Source: Thermoanaerobaculia bacterium (GTDB lineage: Bacteria; Acidobacteriota; Thermoanaerobaculia; Multivoradales; UBA5704). Taken from it: a stretch of DNA of 64,000 nt. Both the position numbers and the translations under genes were made by a program. This document shows, in pieces, positions 20,394 through 28,890 of the stretch (position 1 is the stretch's first letter; every line of letters begins with the position of its first letter). The notes beneath the pieces are model-generated. The model saw only the letters and a list, made by a program, of their open reading frames with translations, was not told the DNA's origin and made no database searches. The stretch covers positions 32,001 through 96,000 of the forward strand of contig JBGAGQ010000001.1 in assembly GCA_044226625.1 (NCBI GenBank), read 5' to 3'.

Positions 20394-21133
20394 CGGGCGC
20401 GCCTCTCGAACCGGGCGCCGATCACCGCGCGGGCGATCCGCAGGCTGTCCACGAGCGGCCGGTAGTGGCTGGTCGTCCGGCCGTCGGCAAATCCGAGATG
20501 GACGGGCGTCGCCACGATCGAGAAGCCGCCGCGCGCCGCGCGCACCACCACCGCGCTCTCGGCCTCGAACCGATCCTCGGGGAAGCCGACCGCTTCGATC
20601 AACCGCCGCGAGTACCAGCGGAAGCCGGTCTGGATGTCCGGCACGGGCTTGCCCGCGGCAAACGAGATCGCCCGCGACGAAAGCCGGTTGCTCAGGCGGC
20701 GGACGCGGCTCATCTCCGAGAACAGATGGTCCCTCACGCCGAGCGCCAGATCCGCTCCGGCTTCGATCAGCGGCAGCAGCTTCGGAATCTCGCTCGGCAG
20801 GTGCTGCCCGTCGGCGTCGAGCGTGATCACCCCGTCCGCGCCGCGCTCGAGAAGGTCGGCGAAAGCCCGCCGCAGCGCCGCCCCCTTGCCCAGGTTCTTC
20901 GGCTGGACGAGCACCCGTGCGCCCGCCTGCCGCGCGGCCTCTTCGGTGCGGTCGGTCGAACCGTCGTCGATCACCACCAGCTCGCGCAACGGCCGCTGCG
21001 AGGTGGGATCGCCCGAACCGTCGGCGACCAGCGCGAGCGTTCCCGTCACCACGGCGCCGATCGAAGGAGCCGCCTGATACGCCGGGATCGCGACGCCGAT
21101 CGCGAGCGGTCGGTTTCCGTTCATCGCGGTCAC
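20390..21133 (-). CDS. Glycosyltransferase family 2
   Basis: 'IPAYQ', 'DDGSTD', 'NLGKG', 'DADGQH', 'DIQTGFR'; GTG 21133 (or ATG 21124). Confidence 0.88.
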   Translation of the reverse strand: MTAMNGNRPLAIGVAIPAYQAAPSIGAVVTGTLALVADGSGDPTSQRPLRELVVIDDGSTDRTEEAARQAGARVLVQPKNLGKGAALRRAFADLLERGADGVITLDADGQHLPSEIPKLLPLIEAGADLALGVRDHLFSEMSRVRRLSNRLSSRAISFAAGKPVPDIQTGFRWYSRRLIEAVGFPEDRFEAESAVVVRAARGGFSIVATPVHLGFADGRTTSHYRPLVDSLRIARAVIGARFERRAR

Positions 21134-22428
21134 GACGCGGCCTCCGCCCGAGCCGGCGCTTCGAGCGCCAACCACGCCGCGGCGCCTCCCGCCGCGAGCG
21201 CGGTCGCGAGCACGCGCCGCGGTGCCACCAGCGCTCCGCCGTCGTGCGGCCGTAGGCCGAGGGCCGGATCCGCTTCGGCGAAGCCTGCCGTCGCGCCGAA
21301 CGGCGCGCCGGAGAGAGCGATCAACGCCGAGGCGAGATGGGCTCCGCCGTACTCCCCGGCGACACTCTTCGGCGCGAGGATCGGCGGCAGGGGCCGGTCG
21401 CCCCAGGCCGCGGCGAGCACCTCCGCCTCCAGCCGGTCCCCTTGGACGGCGCCACTCGCGCCCGAGACGATCCGATCGAAATCCGCCGGGCCGAGGCCGA
21501 ATCGCCCGATCCCGCGCAACAGGCCGCGCGCGAGCACCGCGCCGCCCGTTCCCCAATCCGTCGGCGGGGCCGAGGCGTCGAACGCGCTCGCCCACCCCGC
21601 GATCCGGGCGAGCGGCTCGACTCCGCGCGCCGCGGCGTCGGTCGCCCGCTCGAGCACCAGGACCACCGAGCCTTCCGCCGCGAGGAAACCGTCCCGCCGC
21701 CGGTCGAACGGCCGGGCGACCTCCCCCTCCGTCGCGGTCCCGCGCGAGAGCGCGCCGAACCGGTCGAGCAGAGCGTGGAGCAGCGGCGTCATCTCCTCCG
21801 CCGCCCCGACGAGCGCCCGGCGGGCGCGGCCGGAGGCCACCTCGGCGGCTCCTTTCGCCACCGCGAGCAGCGGCCCCGCTTCGCGCTGGACGACCGTGAC
21901 GTTCGCTCCGCGAGCGCGCGCGGCGATCGCGATCTGCGCCGCCGGGGCGTTCGCCACGCATTCGGTGAAGTAGAACGGCGAGGCCGCCTCCGGGCTCTCG
22001 AGGAGGATCTGGCGCATCAGGTGCTCGGTGAACGACGACGGACCGAACGCGTTGGCGAGGAACACCGCCATCCCCGCGCCCCCCTCCGCCTCGCCCGACA
22101 CTCCTTCGTTCGCGATCCGCCCGTTCGCATCCCCGAGCCCCGCCATGGCGAGCGCCTGCCGCGCCGCGGCGACCGCAAGCTTCGAGGGCGGGCTCATGCG
22201 CCGCGCCTCCGCCGGCAGGAGCCAAGGAGCGAAGCTCGAGAGACTGACCCGGGAGGCGAGATGGGCGCTCGGTCCGGCGCGGTGGTAGCCCTCCGGGCGA
22301 TCGATCGGGGCGAGGCGCGGTCCGCCGGACGCCAGCGCCTCGCGCAGCTCCGCGAGGCCGAGCCCGAACGCGGTCACCGCGCCGACGCCGGTGACGACGA
22401 CGGGCGCCGAGCCCGGCGCGCCGCTCAT
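21130..22428 (-). CDS. Non-catalytic ketosynthase (chain-length-factor-like)
   Basis: KS-fold motifs 'VTGVG', 'RPFD.RRDG...EG'; catalytic Cys/His positions replaced (REAG, ASG). Confidence 0.8.
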   Translation of the reverse strand: MSGAPGSAPVVVTGVGAVTAFGLGLAELREALASGGPRLAPIDRPEGYHRAGPSAHLASRVSLSSFAPWLLPAEARRMSPPSKLAVAAARQALAMAGLGDANGRIANEGVSGEAEGGAGMAVFLANAFGPSSFTEHLMRQILLESPEAASPFYFTECVANAPAAQIAIAARARGANVTVVQREAGPLLAVAKGAAEVASGRARRALVGAAEEMTPLLHALLDRFGALSRGTATEGEVARPFDRRRDGFLAAEGSVVLVLERATDAAARGVEPLARIAGWASAFDASAPPTDWGTGGAVLARGLLRGIGRFGLGPADFDRIVSGASGAVQGDRLEAEVLAAAWGDRPLPPILAPKSVAGEYGGAHLASALIALSGAPFGATAGFAEADPALGLRPHDGGALVAPRRVLATALAAGGAAAWLALEAPARAEAAS

Positions 22429-23690
22429 CGAGAGCCCGCCCGCGTAAAGACGAGCGCCGCGTTGGCGCCGCCGAACGCGAGGCTGGTCGACAGAGCGCTC
22501 GCCGGAGCCTCGGGACCCGAGTCGAGCGGCCGCGGGCGGTCGAGCACGAGATCGACGTCGAGGTCGGGATCGACCTCACCGCCGGTCGAGCAGGGATGGA
22601 CCTCGCCGCGCGCGAGGCAGAGCACCGTGGCGACCGCCTCGAGCGCCCCCGCCGAGCCAAGCAGATGCCCCACGAGCCCTTTCGTCGAGGTGACCGGGAT
22701 CTCCTTCGCCCGCTCCCCCAACGAGCGCGCAAACGCCCGCCACTCCGCCGCGTCGTTGAGCGGCGTGCCGGTACCGTGGGCGTTGACGAACGCGATCGCC
22801 TCGGGGCCCACGCCGGCGTCCGCGAGCGCGGCGGCGATCGCCGCCGCGGCCCCCGAGCCCTCCGGCTCCGGCGCGGTCATGTGGTGGGCATCGCACGAGG
22901 CGCCGGCGCCGGCGAGCACCGCGAGCGGCTCCGCGCCGCGGCCGAGCGCGCGCTCCTCCGACTCGAGCACGAGGACCGCCCCGCCCTCGCCGATCGACAG
23001 CCCCTCGCGTCCGGCGCGAAACGGCCGGCAGGGATTCTCGTCGACCGAGCGGAGCGAATTGAACCCGGCATAGGTGATCTGACAGAGCGAATCGGCGCCG
23101 CCCGCGAGGGCGACTTCCACCTCGGCCGTGCGGAGCGCCTCGAGCGCGGCGCCGAGCGCGAGCGCCCCGGAGGCGCAAGCCGACGACACCGTCTCCACGG
23201 GACCCGTGATCCCGAAACGCCGCGCCACCGCGTCCCCCGGACCGTTCGGCTGCTGCGAGGCGAGCGCCGAGACGCGCGGGTTCGCGCGCCGCGCGAGCAG
23301 GTCGGCGAAGAACTCCTCGCCCTCCCACATGCCACCGGTCGAGCTACCGAAATAGAGGCCCACGGCGAGGTCCGAGAGGTCCTCCGGCAATCCCGCCTGC
23401 GCGAGCGCCTCCGACGCCGCCGCGAGCGCGAACCGGTCGGCGAGCGAAAGGCGCAGGCCGACCCGGCCGTTCCGCCCTCGGCTGCGCCGCGCCCAGGACG
23501 CCTCGGGCGCCGGCACCTCCGAGGCCAGGTGCGTGCGATGCCTCGCGTGGTCGAAGCGATCGAAATCGCCGATCGCCACGCGGCCCGCGGCGAGCCCCGA
23601 CCAGAGGGCGTCCCGCCCCCAGCCGAGCCCGCTCACCGCACCGACCCCGGACACGACGATCCGCGCCGGGCTTGTCGCTCGTTGCGCCAT
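22425..23690 (-). CDS. Beta-ketoacyl-ACP synthase (FabF-like)
   Basis: 'SSACASG', 'NAHGTGT', 'KGLVGHLLG' give an intact C-H-H triad. Confidence 0.92.
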   Translation of the reverse strand: MAQRATSPARIVVSGVGAVSGLGWGRDALWSGLAAGRVAIGDFDRFDHARHRTHLASEVPAPEASWARRSRGRNGRVGLRLSLADRFALAAASEALAQAGLPEDLSDLAVGLYFGSSTGGMWEGEEFFADLLARRANPRVSALASQQPNGPGDAVARRFGITGPVETVSSACASGALALGAALEALRTAEVEVALAGGADSLCQITYAGFNSLRSVDENPCRPFRAGREGLSIGEGGAVLVLESEERALGRGAEPLAVLAGAGASCDAHHMTAPEPEGSGAAAAIAAALADAGVGPEAIAFVNAHGTGTPLNDAAEWRAFARSLGERAKEIPVTSTKGLVGHLLGSAGALEAVATVLCLARGEVHPCSTGGEVDPDLDVDLVLDRPRPLDSGPEAPASALSTSLAFGGANAALVFTRAGSR

Positions 23691-23719
23691 CCCCAGGAAA
23701 CGGCTCCTCGAAACGACCT

Positions 23720-23989
23720 CTAGAGCCGACCCTCGACGAAGCTCGCGAGGCTTGCGACCGAGGCGAACGACTCCCGGCCCATCTCGTTGCTCTTGATCTT
23801 GATCCCGAACTCCTTCTCGAGCGCCACCACCAGCTCGAGCGCATCGACCGAGTCGAGACCCAGCCCTTCACCAAACAGCGCCGCATCATCCTCGATCGAC
23901 GCCGGATCCGTCCCGTCGAGATGCAGACTCTCGACGATCAGCCGCTTGATTCGTTCCCTGAGACCCGCTGTCACCGCCGCTTCCGACAT
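23720..23989 (-). CDS. Acyl carrier protein
   Basis: 'LFGEGLGLDSVDALEL' phosphopantetheine motif; ATG 23989. Confidence 0.92.
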   Translation of the reverse strand: MSEAAVTAGLRERIKRLIVESLHLDGTDPASIEDDAALFGEGLGLDSVDALELVVALEKEFGIKIKSNEMGRESFASVASLASFVEGRL

Positions 23990-24223
23990 AAGAAGAAATA
24001 CCTCAAAAATTCGCCCCGGAACAGACCGGCAGGCGCTCGATCCACCTCCATGCCGTCTGCACGTTTCCCGCCAAGGCCTCACACCTCCCCCAACTCCCCC
24101 CCACCGAGAGGCCACAAGCCGCGGAACCGTCCGGGAACCGAGACAGAAGATCGTACTGTGAGGAGGGCGGGGGCGGCAAACGGGGGGCGGGAGGGGAGGA
24201 GAGCGCCGAAGCCCCGAGCCGAT

Positions 24224-27200
24224 TCATAAGCCGCAGCTCAAATTTCCGCCTTGTGCTTTCGGGTCGCGGAAGTCCGAAGAGGAATAACCGATCACCTCGA
24301 ACGACGCCCACGAGAGGACCGAGCGGGCCAATGGGTTGCGGCTCCTCAAGGCACAAAGCTGTGCTTGGCGCAAAGCGTCGGCAGCATCCGCACCCGCCGC
24401 GTAACTTCGATGAAACTCGGCGAGCAACCTCGAGGATCGGTCGTCTCCCACGCTCCAAACGCTCGCCAAAATGCCCGGCGCTCCCGCCGCGAAGATCGGC
24501 CGCACCAGCGCCCCGATTTCGACCTGACCGCCGGGATGCCCTGCGGCGCTCGAACAAGCCGCGAGCACCACCAGGCGCGTGCGGGCGAGGCGAAGCTCGG
24601 AGAGCATCTCGCCCGCGGACAGAAAACCGCTGCGTCCTTTTCCCGGGGCGAGCGCGAGATAGCTCCGAATCGGCGAGAGGATCACCGCGTGGCCCGCGTA
24701 ATGCACCATCCGAGCCCTGGTGGAATCGGCGAGGAAGGCTCCGGCGGTCGCGTTCTCTTCTTTCAAGACGATCGCTTCCCGACCGTAAATCCGCCGGAGG
24801 ATCCCCACCTCGTGCGAGGCCCCAGCAAGCCGTTCCAGCCCCGCCGCCTCCGGCGCGGCCGGGTCGAACGCCGGATCGCCCACGAGCAGCGCGGACGGCC
24901 GGACGGCGCGCCCCATCTTTCGATCCCGCAAGAGGCAATAGACGAACAGAGTCGCGCTCGGTGCGGTCGACACCACGAAATTTTCGACCAGATACCTGCC
25001 CGTGCGAACGTCCAGGAGGGCCGCCATCGGCACCTCGCGCAAGGGACTGTCCGGTACGATCACGATCCTTTCCGCGTGGTGACGCAGGAGTCGGTTTCGA
25101 ATCGATTCGAACACGGCTCGGTCCAACACCCCGAGCGTCTCGGCGGCCTCCCTGCCCAAACGCTTAGACACTTGCCGCTCCAATCGACGCGTCAGCTCGA
25201 CGAGAACGGCACGATCGATCTTCTGAATCACGACCTCGAACCGGTCGTCTTGAACGAGCCACGCGACCACCCGATTCTCGAGGACGGCCAGCTCGACGAC
25301 GACGGTTCCCCGCGGCAAATCGCGCTGGACCTCGTGGAGCCGCAAGGGAGCACCGGTCTGTGCCAAGAGGCGGACCTCCCGAGGAGAGAGGCTGGCCCCG
25401 CGTAGAAACGAGAGGGGCTCGAAGACGCGGGACCGCTCGGCGACCTCGAAGGCTTCGCGATAGAGACCTCGATCCAGCAGGAGAGAGAGATAAAGCTCAT
25501 AGGAACGGCGAAATCGAGCCAGATAATCGGCCAAGAAATCGGGCCCACGGCGCGCGTCATCCCCCTCCGTGCGCGCTCGTTCCCGGTGGATTTCGGCAAA
25601 ACCTCGCCGGAGATCCCCCTCCACCGCCACGCTTCGCCCGGCACGCTCCAGCGCTCCCGCCCGTTCGAAGGCCAACGTCGCCCGCAGCGTTCCCACCTCG
25701 CCCTCCGGATCGAGACGGAGCGCGTCGGTGAAGCGCTCGATGGCGCCGACGGGATCCGAACGCCAGAGGCTCGGCGCCTCGAGCCCGCGGATTTGGCCGG
25801 CCGCGCGCCCCAGTCCGTCCGGATCGGTTCCGAGCAGCCTTTCCGCCTCGGCCAGATCTCGCATCGCACTGGGGAAATCCCCCAGATCGGACTCCAGGGC
25901 GGCCCTTTCCTTGAGCGCCACGCCAAGGATCGCTTCCCTGCTCTTCCTCGTGCTCGTCGGCGAACGGAGCAAACTCTCGCGTGCCAGCCGCGAGGCCTCC
26001 TGCTGCAGCGCAAGCGCCACGTGGGGCGCGCGCAGCGAATGGGCTGTCAAGGCGGCTTCGCCCAGCAGTAGCTGGTAGACGGGCGGGGCCGAGGAGCGGG
26101 AGACTCTCTGCAGTAGACCAGCCGCTTCGCGCCACGCCGATTCGGCCTCGCCCAGGTTCCGAAGTATTCCCATCTTCCGAGCGGCGATTCGAAGGATGGC
26201 TTCGTCATCGCCTTCTCCCCGCTCCAGCTCCGCCGCGTGGTCGAACGCCTCGAGTGCTTCGAGGGGCCTTCCCAACCACTGCAGACAATAGGCGCGATGC
26301 GCCCGGGCTTTTGCCTCCAGATTGCGGTAGCCGCGAAGGCGTGCCAGCTTCTCGATGCGTTGGAGCCGATCCAACGCGGCCTCAGGAGGGATGAGCCGTC
26401 CCCGAGAAAGCTCTACGATCGATCCGAGCTCGGCGCTCCAAGCGATCGGGCTCGCGACCGAACGCAGCAGGCCGCGCGCCCGGCGAAAGGCCCGCGCCGA
26501 CGCGCGCGAGCGCAAGGCTTCCTGGGCATCGATCCCTTCTCTGAAGGCCCGCTGCCCCGCGGCAAACGTTCGCGCTCCGCGAGAGCTTCTGGAGATACGC
26601 GCCAATGAATCGACAACCGCCGGCAGAAACGTATCGCGAGTGAGCCGTCGATGCTCCTGCGCCAGCAGCCCTAAAGCCGTGGCGGTACGCCGAGCCGAAC
26701 GGAGCCGGCCGGCTTCCATCTCGTCAGCCCATCGACCGAGAAGCTCGTCTTCGCAAAATTGGCGCACCTGTGATGGAAAGCGATGGGCCGACCGTAGAAC
26801 CTCGGCACGATCGCCGAGCGTTAGGGCTCGCTCCAACCGGGATTTGGCAGAAGACCACGACCGCGTCTGGTCGGAGACGTAAGATTTTCGCAGTTGCAGA
26901 GCGCGTACGCGCGCCTGCCACCCCCGCTCCGAGCGCGAATCCCCTTCGACGTACGATCGCCACGAATCCTCGGCGAGGCCGCGCGGCATCACCGCGTCGT
27001 CGGCGAGAGCTCGAGTGAATCGAGCCTCGGCGGAACGAGGATCGAGCGCGAGAATCCGACGCGCCTCCTCGGCCGCTCGGAGCAGGTCGACGGGCGGACC
27101 GGCGGACCGTTCCCGTGCGGAATAGACGGCTCCAAAACCGAACAGGCTCGTCATGTCCCAGGCCTTGCTCCGAGCCGATGAGTCCGGCGTCTCGCGCTTC

Positions 27201-27304
27201 GGCCCCCCCGCTCCCGATTCCGGAGAGTTGCAATTGGCCAACAACAGGACACAAGAGAGGGTCGCCGCCGTCTCGCGGGCGCCTCTCCAAACGGCAATCG
27301 GCAT
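24224..27304 (-). CDS. TPR-like + CHAT protease (CHAT-1), possible lipoprotein
   Basis: C-terminal 'VHYAGHA...LVVLAACSS...W.V.D...ALRQAQ...WASF'; N-terminal 'VLLLANC'. Start uncertain. Confidence 0.85.
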   Translation of the reverse strand: MPIAVWRGARETAATLSCVLLLANCNSPESGAGGPKRETPDSSARSKAWDMTSLFGFGAVYSARERSAGPPVDLLRAAEEARRILALDPRSAEARFTRALADDAVMPRGLAEDSWRSYVEGDSRSERGWQARVRALQLRKSYVSDQTRSWSSAKSRLERALTLGDRAEVLRSAHRFPSQVRQFCEDELLGRWADEMEAGRLRSARRTATALGLLAQEHRRLTRDTFLPAVVDSLARISRSSRGARTFAAGQRAFREGIDAQEALRSRASARAFRRARGLLRSVASPIAWSAELGSIVELSRGRLIPPEAALDRLQRIEKLARLRGYRNLEAKARAHRAYCLQWLGRPLEALEAFDHAAELERGEGDDEAILRIAARKMGILRNLGEAESAWREAAGLLQRVSRSSAPPVYQLLLGEAALTAHSLRAPHVALALQQEASRLARESLLRSPTSTRKSREAILGVALKERAALESDLGDFPSAMRDLAEAERLLGTDPDGLGRAAGQIRGLEAPSLWRSDPVGAIERFTDALRLDPEGEVGTLRATLAFERAGALERAGRSVAVEGDLRRGFAEIHRERARTEGDDARRGPDFLADYLARFRRSYELYLSLLLDRGLYREAFEVAERSRVFEPLSFLRGASLSPREVRLLAQTGAPLRLHEVQRDLPRGTVVVELAVLENRVVAWLVQDDRFEVVIQKIDRAVLVELTRRLERQVSKRLGREAAETLGVLDRAVFESIRNRLLRHHAERIVIVPDSPLREVPMAALLDVRTGRYLVENFVVSTAPSATLFVYCLLRDRKMGRAVRPSALLVGDPAFDPAAPEAAGLERLAGASHEVGILRRIYGREAIVLKEENATAGAFLADSTRARMVHYAGHAVILSPIRSYLALAPGKGRSGFLSAGEMLSELRLARTRLVVLAACSSAAGHPGGQVEIGALVRPIFAAGAPGILASVWSVGDDRSSRLLAEFHRSYAAGADAADALRQAQLCALRSRNPLARSVLSWASFEVIGYSSSDFRDPKAQGGNLSCGL

Positions 27305-27424
27305 AATTTCTCTCAACGAGCGACAGAACGTTTGCGAAGTACTGCGGAGCCGAAAAGGAAGGTGCGGTGAACACGGGATTTGTGTGACCTTGATATAGGA
27401 TGAATATCCTAATTCAAGGCCCAC

Positions 27425-28009
27425 ATGACTCGGGAAGAAGACTTTTCCAGGCTCTATCGCACCTATGTCCGCGGAGTGATCGCATACCTCCGTCGGTTCA
27501 GGTTTTCTCCCGAGGAAGCCCGAGACCTGGCACAAGAAGTATTTGTCCGCGTCTATAAGAGAATGGGAACCTGGCAAGAGGAGGCGGAGTGGGCGTACTT
27601 GAAAAAGACGGCCTTTCACGTCGCCCTGAACGAGCTTCGCCGCCGCGACTCGCAAAGCCGAACCGCCAATGAGCAGTCGCTCGACGAGCTACCGGCCGCC
27701 CCCGAAGATCGCGGTCTTTGGGAGGGCGAGTCGAAATCCCCGGAAGCGGAGCTGATCGACCTCGAGGAGTCCCGATCGCACCGCAGGCATCTTCACCAGG
27801 CGATCGAAGATCTGCCCGAGCGGCTCAAGACCTGCCTGCTCCTTTGGCTCGGCGGGCTAAAGTATCGGGAGATCGCAAAGGTCTTGGGCGTTACTTTGGA
27901 CACCGCAAAAACGAGGATTCACGAGGCGAAGAGTCAGCTCGCCCTCGCCCTTCAGGAAACCTCTCGAGGCACCCGTGTCCGTCGGCCCGGGCAGGAGGAA
28001 CGGCCATGA
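27425..28009 (+). CDS. ECF sigma factor
   Basis: Region 2 'ARDLAQEVFVRVY', region 4 'LPERLK..LLL...GLKYREIA.VLG....TAKTRIH'. Confidence 0.92.
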   Translation: MTREEDFSRLYRTYVRGVIAYLRRFRFSPEEARDLAQEVFVRVYKRMGTWQEEAEWAYLKKTAFHVALNELRRRDSQSRTANEQSLDELPAAPEDRGLWEGESKSPEAELIDLEESRSHRRHLHQAIEDLPERLKTCLLLWLGGLKYREIAKVLGVTLDTAKTRIHEAKSQLALALQETSRGTRVRRPGQEERP

Positions 28010-28806
28010 GCGTCAAGCCGGATTCCTGGATCGAGGCGTATCACGAGATCGTCCGCGAGGAACGCGGCCGGGGCGACGAGTGGCCGACGGAAGAGAGTCT
28101 GTTCGCCTTTTCCCGGCAGGAGCTCGAGCCGGCCGAAGCCCGCAAGGTACGGAAGTTCCTGGTCGCCTATCCCGAGATCGCGGCGGCGCTGGCCGAGCTG
28201 GACGAACCCTTCTCGAGCTCCGCGAAAGGCCCGGAGGGCCTCACGGATGTTGAAATCGAGCAGGACTGGTCCCGGCTCATGACTCGTCTCGAAAAAGAGG
28301 CGACCTTCGCACCCCCGGCAGCTCTCTCCGAGCCGAAGCGACCCAAGAAGCCTCGCCAGCGGTCCCCTGTCGGCTGGTGGCTCGGCACTCTGGCGGCATC
28401 CGCCGCGGCCTTCGCCCTGGGCTCCCTCCTGGCGGTCTCGCCTTTCTCCGAACCGTCGCCGCCAATCGCCCTCCGCAGCCGCCTCTTGATTCCCGATGGG
28501 CAGCGAGGCACGACGCAAGAGCCCATACCGGTTGCGTCGGACGAGGGGAAGGGAGGGATGCTGCTGAGCCTCGGTTCGCTCGAACCGAGGCCGTTCGACG
28601 AATACCGCCTCTCGATCCATGAGGTCCGCGACGGGCGGGAGATCGAGCGCTTTCACCAGGGCGGTCTGCGGCGCAACGAGGCGGACGCATTCGACCTCCT
28701 ACTCCCCCCAGGTTCCCTCTCCCCGGGACTCTATCGGCTACGCCTGGTCGGGAACGCGGGGGGCGCCAACACCCTTCTCGCAACCTATTCCATCCGGTTG
28801 AGGTAA
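28006..28806 (+). CDS. Single-TM anti-sigma-like protein
   Basis: ATGA overlap with sigma; degenerate zf-HC2-like N-terminus lacking HxxxCxxC; TM 'WWLGTLAASAAAFALGSLLAV'; beta-rich C-terminal domain. Confidence 0.75.
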   Translation: MSVKPDSWIEAYHEIVREERGRGDEWPTEESLFAFSRQELEPAEARKVRKFLVAYPEIAAALAELDEPFSSSAKGPEGLTDVEIEQDWSRLMTRLEKEATFAPPAALSEPKRPKKPRQRSPVGWWLGTLAASAAAFALGSLLAVSPFSEPSPPIALRSRLLIPDGQRGTTQEPIPVASDEGKGGMLLSLGSLEPRPFDEYRLSIHEVRDGREIERFHQGGLRRNEADAFDLLLPPGSLSPGLYRLRLVGNAGGANTLLATYSIRLR

Positions 28807-28820
28807 CCACCAACTCGAAG

Positions 28821-28844
28821 CCACCTTCGGCCGTGCCGGGTGTC
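28821..28844 (+). promoter_or_regulatory. Putative ECF promoter CCACC-N14-GTGTC upstream of the caspase
   Basis: Same boxes and spacing as 41915-41938 (-). Confidence 0.5.
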
Positions 28845-28890
28845 CCTCTTTCTCAAACGGCGAATGAACGCCGAAGAGGAGAGGCTCGTC

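Noticed and set aside
27305-27655. N-terminal extension of CHAT-1 in the ORF track
   Set aside because: It overlaps the divergent sigma gene and the intergenic region; a start at or after 27304 is more plausible.
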